A stretch of DNA of 63,593 nucleotides, counting the filler, from Octopus bimaculoides (Eukaryota): assembly GCF_001194135.2 (NCBI RefSeq). It is 4 parts of 4 records of this genome, joined end to end, with 100 filler letters (N's around TTAATTAATTAA, not from the genome) between each part and the next. Parts side by side here need not be neighbours in the genome. Positions count along the whole stretch, not along the records: positions 1 to 16,855 come from NC_068985.1; 3 more parts are not named here. One strand, given 5' to 3'. The position numbers were made by a program, and so were the translations under genes. This document shows, in pieces, positions 1-13,399 of the stretch. The notes beneath the pieces were generated by a model. The model was not told the origin of the DNA and made no database searches. It worked only from the letters and a program-made list of their open reading frames with translations. The number at the start of each line of letters is the position of its first letter. The stretch's first letter is position 1.

Positions 1-6
1 ATATAG

Positions 7-40
<34 letters not shown>

Positions 41-300
41 GTATCTGTGTGTGTGTGTGTATGTGTGTGAGTGTGTGTGTGTATGTGCGTGTGTGTGTGA
101 GTTTGTGTATGTATATGTTTGTATATGTATTTGTTTGCATGCATGCGCATGTGTGTATATGTGTCTATGTATATGTGTGTGGTTGTATGTGTATATGTAT
201 GCATGCATGCGTACGGGTTTAAATATACAAGTACGCATGCCTCTATAATAATGCATACACACACACATATATGTACATGTATGAATGTGTATATTGATAT
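1..300. repeat. Mosaic (TA)n/(TG)n/(TATG)n microsatellite
   Basis: Directly visible di- and tetranucleotide repeats; the CV/YI-rich ORFs here are artefacts. Confidence 0.95.
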
Positions 301-329
301 ACGCTTCTTCTTTTCTCTGTGATTTTCCT

Positions 330-1195
330 ATCCAAACTATCCCATTGTCCAGTAGAATAAGCACATAAGTCTATTTATAACAACTACATTCTTAGTATTC
401 TTCCCTTCCGTTTTGCGGTTTACTATTCACTTTAGAAAACGCCCCTCACAACTTTTTCTATACCGATCCCTTAATGCCACTCTAACATATCACCCCACCT
501 CACATACCCCACACATATTCATTACTTACATTCTTATCTCTTTCTACTCCTCTCATATAACCCCTCAAAACATCTTCACCACCAAATAAAACTCCTTTTT
601 TTCACTTTTTCACTTTTTTACAGTTTTTCATTTTCTCTTCTTGTTTTCATTTACTCTTCCTATTTTTTCCTTCTTCTTTTCTCACCTTTTCCTTTGACCT
701 CTCTCTTCATGTTAATATACACATGCCTCCCCCTCTCTACCCACTTAATACTACCCCTACATTCTCAAACTTTGATGCACACCACACGACACCTTTAAAT
801 GAACAGCACATGGAATCTACGTCTCCACACTTACTCTTTTTGATGAGAAAATATGAAACCCTGTTGGAATTTATATACCACGGACAGGAAGCATTTCTGT
901 CAGTTCTACATACCACTTTGCTTGGATAATGGAACTGCAGATATAAACTCTTTATACATTTTTATTTTTATTTGTACATTCATTCTCCTATTTCCCTAAA
1001 TACTCTTTATTTCCATCCTATTCTAAAATAACTCTTTATATATTGAACTCTAATATTTCCCTCTATTGAACCAACTCCCATCGTCTCTGATGAAGGGATA
1101 TCCCTAATATTCCAGAAACAGCTGTAAGACTAACTTTCTCTTTATCAATGTCCTGAAAACCCCCCACACCTTTCGCTTCATTGTCTCATTGTATT
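330..1195 (+). mobile_element. Probable Penelope-like terminal repeat (pLTR) remnant carrying a hammerhead
   Basis: Pyrimidine-rich tract ending in a well-formed minimal hammerhead at 1083-1130; minimal hammerheads are an established hallmark of PLE pLTRs. Boundaries are approximate and no ORF was recognised. Confidence 0.5.
1083..1130 (+). ncRNA. Minimal type I hammerhead ribozyme (family 1, GUA cleavage)
   Basis: Stem I GTCT(1083-86)/AGAC(1127-30); core CTGATGA(1087-93); stem II GGGATAT/ATATTCC with loop CCCTA; GAAA(1115-18); palindromic stem III ACAGCTGT; cleavage predicted after A1126. Confidence 0.8.
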
Positions 1196-1272
1196 TAAAA
1201 TATGCATGTACACACACACACACGCACGCACACACGCACACGCACACACACATACACACGCAAGCGAACAAA

Positions 1273-1568
1273 CGTAGGAGTGGCTGTGTGGTAAGTAGCT
1301 TGCTTACCAACCACATGGTTCTGGGTTCAGTCCCACTGCGTGGCACCTTGGGCAAGTGTCTTCTACTATAGCCTCGGGCCGACCAAAGCCTTGTGAGTGG
1401 ATTTGGTAGATGGAAACTGAAAGAAGCCCGTCGTATATATGTATATATATATATGTTTGTGTGTCTGTGCTTGTACCCCCACCATCGCTTGACAACCGAT
1501 GCTGGTGTGTTTACGTCCCCGTAACTTAGCGGTTCAGCAAAAGAGATCGATAGAATAAGTACTAGGCT
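1273..1568 (+). mobile_element. tRNA-derived SINE, family A (abundant octopus-type SINE), 3' end lost in gap
   Basis: tRNA-like head GTGGCTGTGTGGTAAG...GGGTTCAGTCCC, then core GCCTTGTGAGTGGATTTGGTAGACGGAAACTGAAAGAAGCCCGTCG; related copies at 9568, 16669, 19271, 33009 and 55463. Confidence 0.9.
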
Positions 1569-1794
1569 NNNNNNNNNNNNNNNNNNNNNNNNNNNNNNNN
1601 NNNNNNNNNNNNNNNNNNNNNNNNNNNNNNNNNNNNNNNNNNNNNNNNNNNNNNNNNNNNNNNNNNNNNNNNNNNNNNNNNNNNNNNNNNNNNNNNNNNN
1701 NNNNNNNNNNNNNNNNNNNNNNNNNNNNNNNNNNNNNNNNNNNNNNNNNNNNNNNNNNNNNNNNNNNNNNNNNNNNNNNNNNNNNNNNNNNNNN

Positions 1795-1829
<35 letters not shown>

Positions 1830-2240
1830 CGATAGAGAGAACGATAGAGAGAGGGAGAGAGATAGGGATAGAGAGAGAAAGAGAGAGAGAGAAGAGCTAG
1901 AATGGCCAAAATATGTTCTCCATCCAGTGCGAAAAATATATTTATTTAGATACACAACCGAAAATTCTGCTTTTATGATACTTGAACTGGTATATTTATA
2001 AACACACACCTTGTATCTTTAAAAAATCTTTTACGCTATGTTTATGCGTTATATATATTTTACAGAAAATAAGAAAAAAAACGTGGAAGATATATGATAA
2101 ATTTTGGTTTGAAAAATAGGAGTAAAAAAAACGGAATGAAGAAAACTAAAATCCTCGTCCCCGGTGATTGCAGAATGTTAATTCAATATAACTGGTTTAG
2201 AAAGAAATAAAAAGTGATGGGTTGGGAGTGTCTCATGGTT

Positions 2241-2340
2241 GTACTATATCAATAACCTACCTAACACTATATCAATACCCTACTATTATCAATACCCAAC
2301 CTGTACTATATCAATACCCAACCTGTACTATATTAACACC
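2241..2340. repeat. Minisatellite, ~22-bp unit (AATACCCAACCTGTACTATATC), about 4 degenerate copies
   Basis: Near-identical units at 2291-2312 and 2313-2334, with degenerate units upstream. Confidence 0.8.
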
Positions 2341-2790
2341 ATATCTAACAGCAGCTTGAATGATAAAATATATTACAACACACTAAGTAAAAATATGCCT
2401 CATAAAAATATACCAAAAAAATAGATCTAGGAAAATTATTTGGTTTGCCCGTCCATTCTTGTGTAGTGTAAAGTCTAACGCAGGCAAGAAATTCCCGTCT
2501 CTTTTAGATAATTATTTTCTAATAAACAATAAATGCAAGAAATATTTTGAGAGATGCTCAATACAAATAGACAATATGAAGAACATTAGAACTCGCAAAA
2601 AAACGTTAAAAGCGAAAAGCCTTGTACGCGACGGTAGATAAAAACTGTAACCCCACCCTTTTATACTCTGTACTTTTCTTTTCTCTCTCTCTTGTCCATG
2701 TATTTTATAATATCTCAATATGATCGAACATTCAGCAATCTACATTTTTTAATATTCTTTGCCGATCATTTTTTATATTAGCTCCCTCTG

Positions 2791-2950
2791 TCGATTTGGC
2801 TGAATTGTTTTACCACGCTGAACGATTTCGCCCGTCGCTACGTTCTCACTTTAAATTGTGCCGAGATTGATTTTGCCTTTCATTCTTTTGAGGTGGATAA
2901 AGTAAATAACGGTTGAGCTTGCGTCGACGTAATCGACTCCTCCCCACCCC
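2791..2950 (+). mobile_element. tRNA-derived SINE, family B, degenerate
   Basis: Similar by eye to 17575-17791 and 59202-59422 (GCCTTTCATTCTTTTGAGGTGGATAAAG...GTCGACGTAATCGACT). Confidence 0.7.
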
Positions 2951-2984
2951 TTCTACGCTGCTTTTGTCGGAAAAAGTGAAATAA

Positions 2985-3071
2985 TAATTATAATTATTAT
3001 TATTGTTGTTGTTGTTGTTGTTATTATTATTATTATTATTATCATTATTATTATTATCATTATTATTATCA

Positions 3072-3147
<76 letters not shown>
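2985..3147. repeat. (TTA)n microsatellite with TTG/TCA variants
   Basis: Direct; source of the poly-N and poly-L ORFs. Confidence 0.95.
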
Positions 3148-3159
3148 GGATTGAAATAA

Positions 3160-3300
3160 TTGTTAGCATGGCGGAAAAAGGCTTAGTGTCATTTCGTCCG
3201 CTTTGTGAGTTCAAATTCCAACAATCAACTTTGCTATTCATCATTTCGGGGATGGTAATATAAGTATCATTTGAGCAACGGGATCGACGTAATCCGATAC
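3160..3300 (+). mobile_element. SINE family B, degenerate
   Basis: GAGTTCAAATTCC B-box region followed by CTTTGCTATTCATCATTTCGGGGATGGTAATATAAGTA core. Confidence 0.7.
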
Positions 3301-3434
3301 TGCTAGTCTTCAAATGAATATCTAACTACGCATAAATGATATACACATAAATGGATTTCAATTTCTATACATACATACGTATATTTATATATATACATAC
3401 ATATATATATATACATATGTAAACATATATATAT

Positions 3435-3465
<31 letters not shown>

Positions 3466-3478
3466 TATNNNNNNNNNN

Positions 3479-3518
<40 letters not shown>

Positions 3519-3625
3519 TGTTATTATTTATATATGTGTGCGTGCGTGTGTGTGTGTGTGTATAAAAGTAAGCATGAATATATACATTATATGTATATGT
3601 GTATGCAATTATACATGCTTCTGTT

Positions 3626-3689
<64 letters not shown>

Positions 3690-6600
3690 ACTATGTATGA
3701 GTGCATCTCTGTGTGTATGTATATATGTACATGTATATGTGTATATACATGTAAGTTTTATGTATGTGTGTCCTCATACCCGTTGAAAAGATGTCATTCA
3801 ATGAATATTATGATCGCAATCTCGACACTGAAATGTTACATTAAGTACACTGATTTTAATAACTTTTTATACTCCCATAACTAACATTTCATTTTCAAAG
3901 ACCGTTGCATGTATAAAGTAAATAAAATTTACAGGGAACGCATCATTTAATACACGTCAAAAATATTCTGAAAATGAATAAATGATAACGATAGCTATCC
4001 GTGTTTCAGTGAATGGCGACAAGTTATGATCTGTTGTTCTATCTTATGTTTACTTTCAGTTTTTTAATATTTTTTTAATGTTATTCATCCTTGTGTAACT
4101 GATATGAGTTATAACAATGCATATTAATAAGGCTATAGAATTTGCATGTTTATGTATGCACTTTAAGAATAAGTATCTTGGTGCATGACTGCTTATCTAT
4201 TCCTTCTTTGACTGCGTTTGTAGAAATATGGGATATAGGGTCTGCTTATGTTTGTCTGTATTTGCATATGTATATATATATTTTTTCGTGTATCTTTCAA
4301 AATGACAGTCATGTTTTGATTTATATATTTATGTAATATGTAATATGGGGACATTTGCGGCAGTTTGAGCACACAACATAACATTTGTATTCGATGGTAT
4401 GTGGATACTTTGCCTGGACAGCAATAACGAAAGAGTTTTACATGAGTGCCTGTAAACACACATATTTACACAGATACCTCGCCTACGCTCATATATACAC
4501 AAACACAAGCATATATGCAGATGCACTTGGTTACAAATACGCATAATTTATGTGTATATTAAAGGAAGAAGTGAAAATATGTTTGTTATGTTAACCTCGA
4601 GAGAATTCTCTTTATACACTGTCAATCATTTGGCAATATTAATATTGGCGCTTAATCTTAGAACGTCTCTTCGAATCGAAAATGTCTTCTAACATCATCG
4701 ACTACATACCGCACCCTATAACACCACCACACCTCCACATTATCCCAAAGTTAAGCTTCGGCCATCTCTGCCCTACTCCTTGTTCGTAGTAATTTTATGT
4801 CTGTGGAAGGAGATTGTGAGCAGAGGTGGATGTCATCTAATTCAGGAGGTAGATGAATGTCCTAGATAGCAATGACAGCTGTCCTGCTCAAAATAAATGG
4901 GTAAGCCATTTTAGCCGACCAGGGCACCGCAACGAACTGAACTGCTGACCTAATTTGAATGTGACACTCAGTATTGACTGGTGACAAAGATTTCTCTTTG
5001 TTTAGAATAATGCCTGCTCTCAGAACATTAAACATTGTCATAGTTGGAGGTCAAGGGGTTGAGAATTATTTTAGTTATTTAATTCCTAATACTGTCCAAG
5101 CCATCTCCAAAGAATTCCTTTCCGATGATCTGATATTGCATATGGCATTGCTCACTAAGCAAACTTGAGATCTAGCTACAAGTCAGGATGAAATAATTTC
5201 CTATTTTATTTCTTTTCTATTTTTATTACATTGGTGTCTGACTTCTTTATTTTTTTAATTATCTTCCTCTCTCTGGTGGAATATGCCATTTTTACATATT
5301 ATCTGAAATCCAGTACGTGTTTCATTTACACGACAAATTTTATTATCAAAATTGCGAACACTATTTTCTCTAGTTACAGGTTTGTTTAGAGAAATTTGAC
5401 AAATGCATTACAATAGCAAATAAATAAATGAATAAATAAATAAATAAAATAAACTACTAAAACCTTTCATACTGTTTTCATTTTCCCTTAAACGGATTTA
5501 TCTACTAATCTACATATCATATATCAATGTGTTATTTTTCATCTATAGAAGAAGAAGAAATTTTTTAGATATTCCAGGTTAAAATAATTTTATTGAATTT
5601 TCAATTTCTCTAGATAAACCGAATGATCGATTTGATGTTGGGGAACCATGACATTTACAACCAGTGAAACCTAACGGACACACAGAAAAGAAGATCAATA
5701 GTACTTTTTATTTTAGATGGTATTTTGTCTCAAATCAAGGAACCGTTTTAGGCAACGGCGTTCCAGCTGTTACCATCCAGTGATTTCTGCATGAATATTT
5801 TCGCTTCATCCACATTACACATTGAAATGTTTTGCATTTTAACATAGTAAATAATGAGTTGAGATTCAACTATTATTTCTACCGTTGATCTGACAGTAAA
5901 ATATATATTCTATAAGTGTACCAGATTGCTTTCGCATTTGATTAAGCTTCTGGCAAACCATCATAGGATATTTCGATATAAATCTCACATCTTTCGTTTC
6001 CTAATCCCTATTAGAAAATTTTAGGAATTTACTTCTTCATTCCAAAGATAATCTTATTTGAGACATAACAGAAAGTGACTCATGAGGGTGACTGCGAGGT
6101 CATCACACATTTTGAATATTGGTGTTCGACTTTACACAGGAAAAGAAAACAAGTTAAATAATTGTTGGTGTATCTCTTCTCGACGGTGTTGCATTATTTC
6201 TATAATGAAACCACCTAAGTCATACTTGTACGTAAGTACCGCTACGTACTGTTAGAGTTCACTAGTGGGTGGTGTACTCTGCTTCTACTTCATTATCTTA
6301 AAGAATAGAGTTCAGCTTCTCTCTTAGATATAAATGAATTGCTTTCAAACATTGAACTTACTATGCGCACGCTACGTGATGGGAAATCATGAATGGGATT
6401 CAATTCTAATTAGATAGAAATTTGACACCACAATGGTTTTTGTCTTGTAGAAGAATATATGCATATCATAGCTTCTACCGGAGGATACAAACCATTTACC
6501 AACGAATCTTAATGAATGAAATCCTTATATTCTTATCTTGAATTTGCTTTGAATTTAGGCATTTTATAATATCAACATTTGGATGTTGATATCAGTAGCC

Positions 6601-7150
6601 CAATATAAACTATGTGGGGCATAGAGATTGTCGTCGAGAGCTGGAACGTGCTTGTTCTAAAGATCTTCAGAACTGATACGAAACAAAAACAACTGAAAAT
6701 AAATCTAGTCAGGATAATTCTGAAACATTGAACATAACAGTTAATAATTTCTAACTTCGTATCAATACCACATTAACAGTTATTCATTACAACTATTACT
6801 TCTGCGGTGTAAATTGATTTTTGCAGTATAAATTAACTGAGAAAGTTTCAGTAATGTTTTCCCCAGTTTCAAATTTTGAATTAAAAATATGAATTGTATT
6901 AAAAAAATCAAATCGAAACATTGAAAAATTGAAAAATAGAATTTAAGCACAAATTGAAGATCATGAATAGAATTCAGAATATTTTTACTTTGACTTATTT
7001 TAAAAATCCCCATTATATTTTGAATGTGATTCAGTTTGATACAAATATTTCCTTGTTACTCTGATATCTGTGTATCAATATTACGCAGTTGTATAAACTT
7101 GGCAATTCAAAGTGAATAAAAAACTGCCCTCCAAACAACCAATCTACCAA

Positions 7151-7181
<31 letters not shown>

Positions 7182-9237
7182 GACATACGCACACACACAG
7201 ACGCTTACACACACAAACATACAAAGAAATAATCAGTAAAAAAAAAGATTAGAGAAAAATTTATGTATGTTTGAATCTTCTGTCATTGCATATGCTACAT
7301 TACAAATTGTATTAATATTTGAAGCTGTGATCAATGACTGGAATTAACCTTATTCCATTGTATTTTTCTGTTATAGACTGATCTGTTATACTGATAATAT
7401 AATCTATATTAAGTTCATATCAGAAGGTCTGTTTAACACACGGTAGCAGACAATGTGGAAGAAGTGGGAGATTCAGAGAATTATCGAACTGGAATGAAAT
7501 GAGGAGCAAACACGATCAAAGAATCGGTAATATAAAAACAAATTTTGTTTCTTTTTTTATATAACTTAATGACAAAAAGTTCAGGGAGAAAAAAGAACAA
7601 CAAAGAATGAAAACGAATAAAAGAATACTAAATGAAAACAGGAGGATTTTAATTCAATTTTAATGAATTCTTCTGATTTTTGTATTCTGATTAAAGTCTG
7701 CAATATTTCTCTTTTCATGCTATGAAGACATAATTTATTGTTTCTTTGGTGAAGCAGAGATATTAATGTTTTGTTTGTCTATTGTTATTTATGTTAAATC
7801 ATGTGAGACAAAGAACTGCTAGTGAATTAACCTTAGAGAAAAGATATGGGACACTCTTTACACATAGTTACATAAATACGCAGTCACACAACTAAACACA
7901 CGTGTAGGAACAGTCACACAAATGCGCACACATATCACCATACAAATATAAAAACCCAGTCATGCAAACATATATAGACACAGAGACACGTATAGACTTT
8001 AAAGAACCAAGCACACACTTTCACTCACATAAAATATAAGAACAGTACATCGCTGCACCTTTCATAGCAAGACAAACGTTCATGCTGTAAAACTAAGACA
8101 TGTACATATATGTATATATAATCACACATATTCATATACATATGTGTGTATGTGTATGTGTGCTTGGTTACACTCACACATATAATGAAGCACACATAAA
8201 TGTAATCACATATATTACACACACACACATGTGTACATGTTATAGATTATACACATACATATGTAAGTTTATACTCTTGTAGGAAACACGTCGCACAGAA
8301 TTACACAAATGCCTAAATATTTATACATATAAGTCAAGTAAGTAGAAAACACTGTACAAACGTTCGGTCAGCAATAAATAGCTAAATCGACATGAAATTC
8401 TTACTGAAGATCTTAAAGAAGGAATGATTTCGATACATGTTCCAAAAGATATATGTTCAAAAAGGATAGAGGAGTTTGGCTTGAAAAATCTCTATAAGAA
8501 TGCTCAAACAGGATCGATATGAGGCTTTCCAGAATATATTGTATATTTTCGTTGCTCAACTTATAGTTTGATGCTGTTTTCCTAAAGCCTTATTACTTCC
8601 TCACTCACTTCCGCTAACTTTTGATTCGTTTTAGATTTTATAAATATCGTAGGCCAGCAGACAACTAATTAGATCTAGAAATATTGCAACGAATTTGTAT
8701 GAAGCTTGCTTTGCTCTGTCACTGGGTTCATACATCTAAAAGAAGAAGCAAGCATTCTCAGGTCCACAATGGTGGGTGTTGTTTAGCCACGAACTTAGTC
8801 ATGATTTAGTAGATTGATAGTAATGACTGTCTCAGTCGCCAACATCTAGAATTTCAATGTTAATAGAAATTTATATTGTTCATGTTCATGTCTTTAACAT
8901 GATTATCTCTGAATCACAAATCAGCATTCGAACTCAGTGGTACCTTACGCGATACTGCGGCAAACTGTCATTGTAGAAAACCTCGGCTTGTTCGAAGACT
9001 ATCAGCAAAATGAAATTTATGCGCTTTCGACCTGAAGATTATGTGAAGTAGACAATCATCAGTTGGATACTCAAATTCATGAATAAGTAGTGCGGCTGAT
9101 CGAAATGGAATTGTCAGTTGATCTATTGAATTATCTTCAATATCGTTATATAACGTGTTTTACCTATTATCGGAATGGTAGCGTGAGTATTGTAGCATGA
9201 TAACATGTTGAGGCTCCCTTGGCGATTTATGCATTAC

Positions 9238-9337
9238 TGGTAGTAGTGGTCGTAGTAGTAGCAGCAGCAGCAGTAGTAGTGGCAGCAGCAGTAGCAGCAG
9301 CAGTAGCAGCAGCAACAGCAGCAACAGCAGCAGCAGC

Positions 9338-9376
<39 letters not shown>

Positions 9377-9415
9377 TGTTGTTGTTGTTGTTATTGTGCT
9401 CGTTGTAGTTTTATA
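9238..9415. repeat. Compound (AGT)n/(AGC)n/(GTT)n microsatellite
   Basis: Direct. Confidence 0.95.
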
Positions 9416-9500
9416 GCTTTGCAAAACATTACTTAACATAATTGGAGCTGTAATCATTACGTGCGTGTGTACATGTCTTTATATGCGTTGTGAGTGTATT

Positions 9501-9558
<58 letters not shown>

Positions 9559-9567
9559 CATATATAA

Positions 9568-9880
9568 GAGGTTTGCTTCCTAGTCCCACTGAGTAGCAAC
9601 TTGGGTAGCTGTCATCGACCATAGCCTCGGACGGACCAAAGCATTGTGAGTGGATTTGGTAGACGGAAACTGAAAGAAGCCCGTCGTATATACATATATC
9701 TATGTATATATGTATGTATTTATGTGTCTGTGTTTGTCTTCACACCATCGCTTGACAACCAAGTTTGGCGTGTTTACATCCCCGTATCTTAGCAGTTCGG
9801 CATAAGATACCCATAGAATAAACACTAGTCTTACAAAGAATAAGTTTTGGGGTCGATTTACTAGTCAAAAGACGGCAGTT
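9568..9880 (+). mobile_element. SINE family A, 5'-eroded
   Basis: Contains the same core TTGTGAGTGGATTTGGTAGACGGAAACTGAAAGAAGCCCGTCG and the 3' module as 1273-1568. Confidence 0.85.
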
Positions 9881-10211
9881 AAATGGCTGAAGCAAATAAA
9901 ATATATATATATATATATATATATANNNNNNNNNNNNNNNNNNNNNNNNNNNNNNNNNNNNNNNNNNNNNNNNNNNNNNNNNNNNNNNNNNNNNNNNNNN
10001 NNNNNNNNNNNNNNNNNNNNNNNNNNNNNNNNNNNNNNNNNNNNNNNNNNNNNNNNNNNNNNNNNNNNNNNNNNNNNNNNNNNNNNNNNNNNNNNNNNNN
10101 NNNNNNNNNNNNNNNNNNNNNNNNNNNNNNNNNNNNNNNNNNNNNNNNNNNNNNNNNNNNNNNNNNNNNNNNNNNNNNNNNNNNNNNNNNNNNNNNNNNN
10201 NNNNNNNNNNN

Positions 10212-10247
<36 letters not shown>

Positions 10248-10359
10248 ATACATAGACATGGCAGAAGTAAATAGACAGCTTTCTCTCGTTAAAGTTTATC
10301 TAAGTCTGAAATTATACATTCAAATTCATTATTATGTAAAAATATTATAATGTAAATAT

Positions 10360-11250
10360 CTGATATTTCCTAGACATGCCCTTTGCATTCCTCAATGCAA
10401 GGACTCTATTAGTCATGCTACCGATTAGATCATGAATATTGTCTTAGGGAATTTCTTGCCAAATTTCATGGAGTAAACTCAAAATATCAGGCTTTGATGA
10501 TTCTTTCTTTTTCTTTTTACGAAGTGTCCTGTCCATTATGCCCCAGAGGTGTTGAACAGGGTCCATATCTGGTGACAGCCTTGACTATGGAAGCTTTTTG
10601 ATGCCAATGTCTTCCAACCAATCTTTGGTACATTTTAGCCATGTGACAAGGAACCACTTCTTCCACAAATAAAGTGTCTTCTTTAATCATTTCATCACCG
10701 GAGAACGTTGGAAGGAGTCCTTTCTGCAATATGGACACATTTATCTGAGTTTATGTTTCCTCCACACTCCACCAGTTCTGATCGACCATTGCTCCAAAGT
10801 ACTCCCCGGATATCACAGAATAGCTGCCGTGTTTCATTGCTGGCCGCAATCGTTTCACGTCAAACTCTTAATCACAAAATCTCGAGACCCCAAATCAACC
10901 ACTGCCTGGAAATACATCAAATCGTTCGTATTTGTTATATCGTTCATATTGTGTTATATTTTATTCATTATGGCCGTCTCAGAAACCGATGATATATCAG
11001 TATTCATTGATCTTGATTATCAATCTGACTGGACGGATACGAATACCATGCATCCAGTTTTCTGTGTACTACCCTATTCTCTTAATATTAATTAACAACA
11101 CCTTTAACGTACACAAACGAAAATACTGATGTGAATAATCTCTACCATTGATTTCTTTAGCATATAGCACCAGCAACTTCGGGCATTGTCTGATACGGTA
11201 GATTCATGGTCCAAATATGTTCCCTTTTATACACACACTGGCTCCATTCT
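10360..11250 (-). pseudogene. Degenerate Tc1/mariner (Tc1-like DDE) transposase
   Basis: Frame-hopping minus-strand translation gives EFDVKRLRPAMKHGSYSVI..GVLWSNGRSELVECGGNINSDK..SILQKGLLPTF, PCHMAK, TKDWLEDIGIKKLP*SRLSPDMDPVQHLWGIMDRTLRK and LLHEIWQEIP*DNIHDLIGSMTNRVLALRNAKG. These match the Tc1 motifs PTVKHGG, SPDLNPIE and W..IP. Multiple stops and frameshifts; no TIRs found. Confidence 0.88.
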
Positions 11251-11632
11251 GAACGAATCTTCCATTCTCTGTTTATCTTAACAATAAACTAAAAGAGTTA
11301 AACTTATTTTCCTTAACCGCTATAAGTGGAATGTTCTTGATGAATAAACAGACATTTTTCAATTTGTAACTGGCTACAAATTGGCGTTCGTTACCACCAA
11401 GAAGTTAATTATTCTTCTTTTGATTATCTGATGTTATAGAGTGTATATATCAAGCACCCTTGTGATAATTACTGGATAGTAAAATTTTATACATTAGTGA
11501 AACAGGTGTAAGGCTTATACGATTTATAATTTTATACCAAACAGCAAAAGAATTTTCAGATTAACTCTGATCTTGTGTGTGTGTATGGGGGGGGGCATAT
11601 ATATGTGTGTGGTGCATAGGTGTGTGTGTGTG

Positions 11633-11666
<34 letters not shown>

Positions 11667-13169
11667 NNNNNNNNNNNNNNNNNNNNNNNNNNNNNNNNNN
11701 NNNNNNNNNNNNNNNNNNNNNNNNNNNNNNNNNNNNNNNNNNNNNNNNNNNNNNNNNNNNNNNNNNNNNNNNNNNNNNNNNNNNNNNNNNNNNNNNNNNN
11801 NNNNNNNNNNNNNNNNNNNNNNNNNNNNNNNNNNNNNNNNNNNNNNNNNNNNNNNNNNNNNNNNNNNNNNNNNNNNNNNNNNNNNNNNNNNNNNNNNNNN
11901 NNNNNNNNNNNNNNNNNNNNNNNNNNNNNNNNNNNNNNNNNNNNNNNNNNNNNNNNNNNNNNNNNNNNNNNNNNNNNNNNNNNNNNNNNNNNNNNNNNNN
12001 NNNNNNNNNNNNNNNNNNNNNNNNNNNNNNNNNNNNNNNNNNNNNNNNNNNTATATATATATATATATATATGCATAAGGGAACATTATAACCAATCGAG
12101 AATGCCACTGCTTTTAACATGCATACATGTACATGAGATGATCGGTAACAGAGCTTGTGTGCACTGTTACTGATCGTTTCATGTACATTAAATATATGAT
12201 CTGAAGCACTCAAAATTAAATCATATTCAGTTACTCTGAAACACATTCTGATGCATACAAATATGCACACGAAAACACGCACACATACATGCACTCGCAC
12301 GCACACACACACACACACACACACGTATGTATATACATACACAAAAGTACTCACAGGTATGGACGGATGGGGAAAGGGCAGACATTAAATATAAGCGCCT
12401 TGTACCTTAAATTTTCGATGAACCAACGCGACCATCTCGATGCATTTTAAAATGTTGCTTAAATTTCAACGTACATAAACTTGGGCCTTAAAAAAGAGAA
12501 GGGACTGGAAATTTAACGACGTAATAGATACATTAATAGAATAAATTGATAGTCACAGCTGAAACATCTCACATTGCAGTGTTGCGTAGGACTGACTGTT
12601 ATATTATTTATTGATGACTATCAGGAAAAAGAAAAACGAAACAAAAATAATTCGACAAAATAAACTACGTGGGCGGTATGAATTGGGAAGCAGAATTTTA
12701 TAAGTAAAGCTGACTTCATTAAATTTCAGTCACACCCTCTTGCCATTTTCACAGTTTATTTGTGACATTATTTTATTTTCAATGACTTCATCCATGTTTA
12801 ATATATGCAACATCATTGATTTAGGTTAAGATGTAGGACAATAGAGTTGATTTTATAATTCTGCTTCATTTCTTTCTTGCCATAAAATAAATAAACATAC
12901 AAAACAAATCAACTGAAATCCAATTAGAGATGAGAGATATCGTAAGAAGACATACATACGCATATACTCATACAATAATAGATATGTATGTATACATACA
13001 CATACTTATATATGTTTATATGCATATGTGTGTGTGTGTTTGAAGATACGGGAAAACAACTTGTGAGATAGTACATACATACATACATATTCACACATAC
13101 ATACATTCATAGGTACATACAGATTTATATGCATATATTTGTGTGTATGTGCGTGTGTGTGTGTAAGTA

Positions 13170-13276
13170 TGTATGCCATTATTCAGTTTATTTCAAGATT
13201 TCTTGCCAATAGAAAAGGAATCGGTTTCTAACCTAGATCCAAGGTTCCGTCATTGAAATTTCAAAATCAACAACAG
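13170..13276. repeat. Short (~105 bp) unclassified interspersed repeat between (TATG)n tracts
   Basis: Complex sequence ATTATTCAGT...GGTTTCTAACCTAGATCCAAGG...CAACAACAGGGTATTTT recalled as a common octopus repeat; only one copy in the window. Confidence 0.3.
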
Positions 13277-13399
13277 GGTATTTTTGTATGTATGCATGTA
13301 TGTATGTATGTACGTATGTATATATGTATGTATTATATATGTGTGTATGTATGTTTGTATGTGCAGATTTGTATGTTTTATGTTTGTATTCTCATGCAT

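Noticed and set aside
4770-5170. Possible RT fragment (LRAGIILNKEKS, DIRS-like)
   Set aside because: One short motif only, with no YxDD or other support.
7424-7526. Open 103-nt segment between CAG and GTAATA (KVCLTHGSRQCGRSGRF...)
   Set aside because: Weak polypyrimidine tract, no recognisable homology and no partner exons; insufficient for a CDS call.
8028-8085. Minus-strand micro-exon candidate (TTTTACAG...GTGAGT)
   Set aside because: Splice-like motifs are common by chance and the peptide is unrecognised.
9016-9066. CTGATGA...GAAAGCGC hammerhead-like spacing on the minus strand
   Set aside because: None of the three stems can form.
10250-11530. TIRs for the Tc1 relic
   Set aside because: No inverted match found between the flanks by eye.
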